DNA of 64,000 nucleotides from Gammaproteobacteria bacterium (GTDB lineage: Bacteria > Pseudomonadota > Gammaproteobacteria > Pseudomonadales > Pseudohongiellaceae): assembly GCA_008081045.1 (NCBI GenBank), contig VMDC01000001.1:225280-289279 (forward strand), in the 5' to 3' direction. The translations under genes and the position numbers were made by a program. How positions within the stretch are numbered: position 1 is the stretch's first letter; each line of letters opens with the position of its first letter. The notes under the pieces were generated by a model. That model was given only the letters and a program-made list of their open reading frames with translations. It was not told the DNA's origin and did not search any database. Positions 60,973 through 64,000 of this stretch are shown piece by piece.

Positions 60973-61695
60973 TTAAGACATTAAGACCTTCGACAGCAAA
61001 AACCGTTGCCAGGCATTTGGCAGTAAGGCAAGCGTTTTCATGAGGCCGGTAAACAGCCTCGGAAAGTGAATCTCGCTCTGTTTTCTCTCGAGCCCCTGTC
61101 GTATCCGCCTTGATGCGAATTCGACATCTACCCGCATCGGCATCGGAAAATCGTTGAGGTCGGTCAAGGGTGTCTCGACAAATCCCGGAGCAATATAGCT
61201 GACGTGGATGCCTTCCTTGCCTAGCGTGATGGCTAGCGTCTTCGCAAGATACTCGATTGCTGCCTTTGAAGCGCCATAGGCCTCTGCCCTCGGCAGTGGC
61301 AGGTAGCTTGAACTGCTGCCCATCAGCGACAGGCTGGAGCCCGCCGCCAATTTGGGAATCAGGGCTTGGAGGCAATTCGCAAGACCGATCAGGTTGATGC
61401 ATATCACTCTTTCAAAACTGGCGGCATCGAAGTTGTTGGCATCGATGTACTCGCAGGTACCTGCATTCAGGATGACCAGTTCCAGCTCGGGCAGGGCGGC
61501 GAGAGCGGCCAGACAGTCCGCTCGGTCCTGCACGTCAAAGCTGACCGGTATTGCCCTGTCGCCGTATGCGTCGACCAGTTGTTGAAGTACCGTTTGGTTC
61601 CGCCCGCAGCAGTAAACGGTGTTCCCTGCCGCCAGATAGTCCTGTGCCAGTTTCAGACCGATACCGGAGGTGGTGCCGGTGATGAGTATTTTCAT
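60973..61695 (-). CDS. Short-chain dehydrogenase/reductase (SDR)
   Basis: TGTTSGIG cofactor motif, NAG, and the catalytic YGASKAA. Confidence 0.85.
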   Translation of the reverse strand: MKILITGTTSGIGLKLAQDYLAAGNTVYCCGRNQTVLQQLVDAYGDRAIPVSFDVQDRADCLAALAALPELELVILNAGTCEYIDANNFDAASFERVICINLIGLANCLQALIPKLAAGSSLSLMGSSSSYLPLPRAEAYGASKAAIEYLAKTLAITLGKEGIHVSYIAPGFVETPLTDLNDFPMPMRVDVEFASRRIRQGLERKQSEIHFPRLFTGLMKTLALLPNAWQRFLLSKVLMS

Positions 61696-62162
61696 TGTCC
61701 GAGGCGTGATTTGAGCTTGCGGATAACGCGACCCAGCAGCGGGACGTTCTCGTACAGCATCGCTCCCAGATCGAAATAGTCGCGGTGATAGTACACTTTG
61801 CCGTTTCGCGTGCGCAGATAGCTGGCACCTTCCACCCGGACGGTTTCACCCCCACTCAACTTCGGGTGGTTCAGAAACATGGTCCAAGTCATGAAGACAT
61901 CGGTGTCGTTAACGATGGTAGAGTGAAACCTGAACGCGCACTTATCGAGATTCGCGAATTGCTTTGAAAAGTACTGCATCAGGGCCGGCCGGCCCTGCAC
62001 GGCATGTGACGGATCTTCGAAGTAGATATCCGAAGCGTAGAGCGACTCCACGTCAGAGAGATTTTCTGTGCCCAGGCTCTGATAGGCCTCTTTGACGCGG
62101 GATGCCAGATAGTCCGCGCTGGTCAGATTCTGCGCAGACTTGAGTTCGGGAGTCGGTGTCAT
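61692..62162 (-). CDS. NTF2/SnoaL-like fold protein, first gene of the lipid-modification operon
   Basis: 156 aa. Pattern LY..D..FEDP........ as in SnoaL-like proteins. Overlaps the SDR start. Confidence 0.55.
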   Translation of the reverse strand: MTPTPELKSAQNLTSADYLASRVKEAYQSLGTENLSDVESLYASDIYFEDPSHAVQGRPALMQYFSKQFANLDKCAFRFHSTIVNDTDVFMTWTMFLNHPKLSGGETVRVEGASYLRTRNGKVYYHRDYFDLGAMLYENVPLLGRVIRKLKSRLGQ

Positions 62163-62196
62163 TGGGCGTAATGCCTGATAATACGGGTATCTTCCT

Positions 62197-62224
62197 TTAA
62201 CGGAGTCTGTTACTGTTTAGATCA
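62197..62224 (-). promoter_or_regulatory. Candidate ECF (RpoE/ChrR-group) promoter for the minus-strand operon
   Basis: The minus strand reads TGATCT-N16-CGTTAA (plus-strand AGATCA at 62219-62224, TTAACG at 62197-62202). It lies about 35 nt upstream of the start at 62162. The same bipartite motif occurs on the other strand. Confidence 0.55.
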
Positions 62225-62250
62225 CCTCCCTTTATAAAGCTGGATCCTAG

Positions 62251-62278
62251 TGATCCGTGGCCCCCTGCATTTCGTTTT
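62251..62278 (+). promoter_or_regulatory. Candidate autoregulated ECF promoter for the sigma/anti-sigma pair
   Basis: TGATCC (62251-62256), N16, then CGTTTT (62273-62278). This matches my recollection of the RpoE-ChrR group consensus TGATCC-N16-CGTA. Confidence 0.55.
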
Positions 62279-62286
62279 AGTCGGTT

Positions 62287-62949
62287 ATGGAAGACGTGGT
62301 TTCTGGCGCTGGAAGCATGCTTATGGGCTCTTTAGCCAAATCAAAGTCGGTCAAAGAACCGGCGTCTGCACCGAGGGTCTCCAACGACGTCTCTGACAGC
62401 GACGAGCAGTTGTTGATTGCGGTGGGTAACCACCAGGACCGTGCGGCCTTCAATGCCCTGTTTTCCCGATTTTCCAACAAAATTTACGCGATGGGCATGA
62501 AGCTGACGCGGAATGAGCAGCTGTCGCACGATCTTGTGCAGGAAGCCATGCTGACGGTCTGGCAGAAGGCGCCGCTGTACGATTTGGATCGGGGAACAGC
62601 CCAGAGCTGGATTTTTACGCTTACGAGAAATCGGTGTTTCGACATTTTGCGTAAGATGAAGCGACAGCCCGCTACCGTGAGCGCGGATGATATCTGGCCG
62701 CAGGAGGGCGACATAGACTCCCAGCTGGTGCACGAGGAAATGGGCACTATGGAAGTCGAAGTCAGCAAGATAGAAAGTTTTTACGGTCAACTGCCTGCCG
62801 CTCAGCGGGCCGTTGTTGAACAGATTTACATTCATGATCGTACTCACGAAGAGGCGGCCGCGGTACTGGAGATCCCTTTGGGAACGCTCAAGTCACGGCT
62901 TCGACTCGGAGTGGGAAAATTGAGACAAATGGTTGGTACCGAAGTATGA
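62287..62949 (+). CDS. ECF sigma-70 family RNA polymerase sigma factor (RpoE of the RpoE-ChrR type)
   Basis: Region 2 (DLVQEAMLTVWQKA) and region 4 (THEEAAAVLEIPLGTLKSRL). The true start is probably ATG 62317 or 62323, because the candidate -10 lies only about 10 nt before 62287. Confidence 0.85.
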   Translation: MEDVVSGAGSMLMGSLAKSKSVKEPASAPRVSNDVSDSDEQLLIAVGNHQDRAAFNALFSRFSNKIYAMGMKLTRNEQLSHDLVQEAMLTVWQKAPLYDLDRGTAQSWIFTLTRNRCFDILRKMKRQPATVSADDIWPQEGDIDSQLVHEEMGTMEVEVSKIESFYGQLPAAQRAVVEQIYIHDRTHEEAAAVLEIPLGTLKSRLRLGVGKLRQMVGTEV

Positions 62950-63647
62950 ATATCGACGCAAAATATCACCCGACACCTGAACAGCTTGAAGGCTTTGCCC
63001 AGGGCTCTCTGGCGCCCGGCATGAATGTGGTCATCTCCGCTCACGTCGAGCTGTGCGCCACCTGCCGGCAATCGATCAGTGAGCTTGAAGAGGCCGCCTC
63101 GGAAGAGTGGTTGAGAAGCACGCCGGATACCAGGGCGAGCAGCATCAATTTTTCGGCGATGATTGACAGTATTGTCGATCACCCCCAAATCAAAGGTGAC
63201 GACGCTACGTCGGGCAATGTGCCCGAAATCCACATGCTGGATCACAGCGTTACGTTGCCCCGGGCGCTCGCGAAGGTGGCCTCGGACGGTCTGGTCTGGA
63301 AGCAGCTTGCCGGCGGCATCAACCAGGCAACGGTGACCCTGGATGATCAGACACAGTGTGAATTCCTGTACATGAAACCCGGCAGTCAGGTGCCCGTGCA
63401 CAAACATCAGGGTAACGAGGTCACGCTGGTGCTGGATGGCAGCTTTGAGGACGAGCTGGGCCACTACAAGCCCGCTGACTTTGTTGTACGGACAGCCAAG
63501 GACCTGCATCAGCCTGCCAGTGAAGAGGGATGCCTTTGCTTTGCCGTTCTGGACAGCCCGCTGACCTTCACCAAGGGTCTGGCTCGCCTGCTCAATCCGT
63601 TTATCCGTTACCGCTTCCGGCGCGCGACTTCAGCAGCCGCTCACTAG
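62946..63647 (+). CDS. chrR: ChrR-family anti-sigma factor (zinc-binding anti-sigma domain + cupin)
   Basis: N-terminal ZAS motif H(x3)C(x2)C (SAHVELCATCRQ). C-terminal cupin (PVHKHQGNEVTLVLDG). Overlaps the sigma gene stop. Confidence 0.85.
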   Translation: MNIDAKYHPTPEQLEGFAQGSLAPGMNVVISAHVELCATCRQSISELEEAASEEWLRSTPDTRASSINFSAMIDSIVDHPQIKGDDATSGNVPEIHMLDHSVTLPRALAKVASDGLVWKQLAGGINQATVTLDDQTQCEFLYMKPGSQVPVHKHQGNEVTLVLDGSFEDELGHYKPADFVVRTAKDLHQPASEEGCLCFAVLDSPLTFTKGLARLLNPFIRYRFRRATSAAAH

Positions 63648-63721
63648 GCATCAGATGGTACGGTCACCTTCAGCCCCCGGCGGCTTGGAGGTGACCTCAC
63701 CGCTCAGGTCATCCCCGCAGC

Positions 63722-64000
63722 TTAGCGGCCTACGTCTTTCCTCACCGCGTCGATATTCATTGCAACGGAGATCCGTTCCCTCTTTCCGGTATACGGCCGC
63801 ACTCCGTGCCGCAGCCATGCCGGGAACACGATAAGATTTCCACGCTGCAGTTCAATTTCCGTCTGGTACTGCTGAGGTTCGCCATCAGCGCCCCGCATTC
63901 GAAATGCCGTGTCACGCATCGCAGCCATGGGGAATCTCGGATCTTCCAGGTAAAAGCTTCCTCCGGCGTTACTGGATTCCTGCTCAGTCTCATAGCCCAT
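63722..64000 (-). CDS. 2OG-Fe(II) oxygenase-like protein (TIGR02466-type), N-terminus outside the window
   Basis: C-terminal LIVFPAWLRHGVRPYTGKRERISVAMNI matches the F-P-[SA]-W-L-x-H-x-V...R-I-S pattern of this family. The ORF is open to the window end. Confidence 0.55.
   Translation of the reverse strand: MGYETEQESSNAGGSFYLEDPRFPMAAMRDTAFRMRGADGEPQQYQTEIELQRGNLIVFPAWLRHGVRPYTGKRERISVAMNIDAVRKDVGR

Noticed and set aside
1-64000. Scan for CRISPR arrays, rRNA or tRNA genes, IS elements, integrons, toxin-antitoxin pairs or known defence-system gene sets.
   Set aside because: There are no direct-repeat/spacer arrays, no tRNA-like cloverleaf candidates in the intergenic gaps, no transposase or integrase-like ORFs, and no nuclease, helicase or methylase clusters typical of defence islands.

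Overview
Dense, mostly housekeeping chromosomal segment (about 55% GC) that looks gammaproteobacterial, possibly marine. The synteny that suggests this is dnaB-alr, nrdR-ribD-ribE-ribBA-ribH-nusB-thiL-pgpA, xseB-ispA-dxs and ettA. I found no rRNA, tRNA, CRISPR array, transposase or integrase. Core content, left to right: dnaB (cut by the window edge), alr, radA, an MFS transporter, an M20 peptidase, an ABC-2 exporter pair, glyA, the riboflavin/nusB/thiL/pgpA supercluster with a separate ribA, a small B12-salvage group (cobC-like phosphatase, btuF-like, cobO), xseB-ispA-dxs, and a five-gene Opp/Dpp-type peptide ABC importer. Less ordinary parts: (1) a Tat-exported flavin amine oxidase directly followed by a di-haem cytochrome c, next to a DAACS symporter with a signal-peptide-bearing RidA and a secreted amidase; (2) a SulP-STAS-cNMP-binding transporter gene broken by one in-frame TAG; (3) a ZntR-like MerR regulator with a textbook 19-bp-spacer palindromic promoter, followed by a Cys-rich permease; (4) an orphan pair made of a protein with three tandem DnaT C-terminal domains and a phage-lambda-P-like helicase-loader homologue, with no prophage context; (5) an OppC-type permease with a roughly 170-aa FN3-like periplasmic insertion; (6) at the right end, an ECF sigma/ChrR anti-sigma pair divergent from a CFA-synthase/DUF1365/FAD-oxidoreductase/SDR/NTF2 operon (the conserved singlet-oxygen, furan-fatty-acid type cluster), with the same bipartite TGATC(C/T)-N16-CGTT motif on both strands of the divergent intergenic region. 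All functional calls come from reading the translations and from remembered family motifs. No database search was run.
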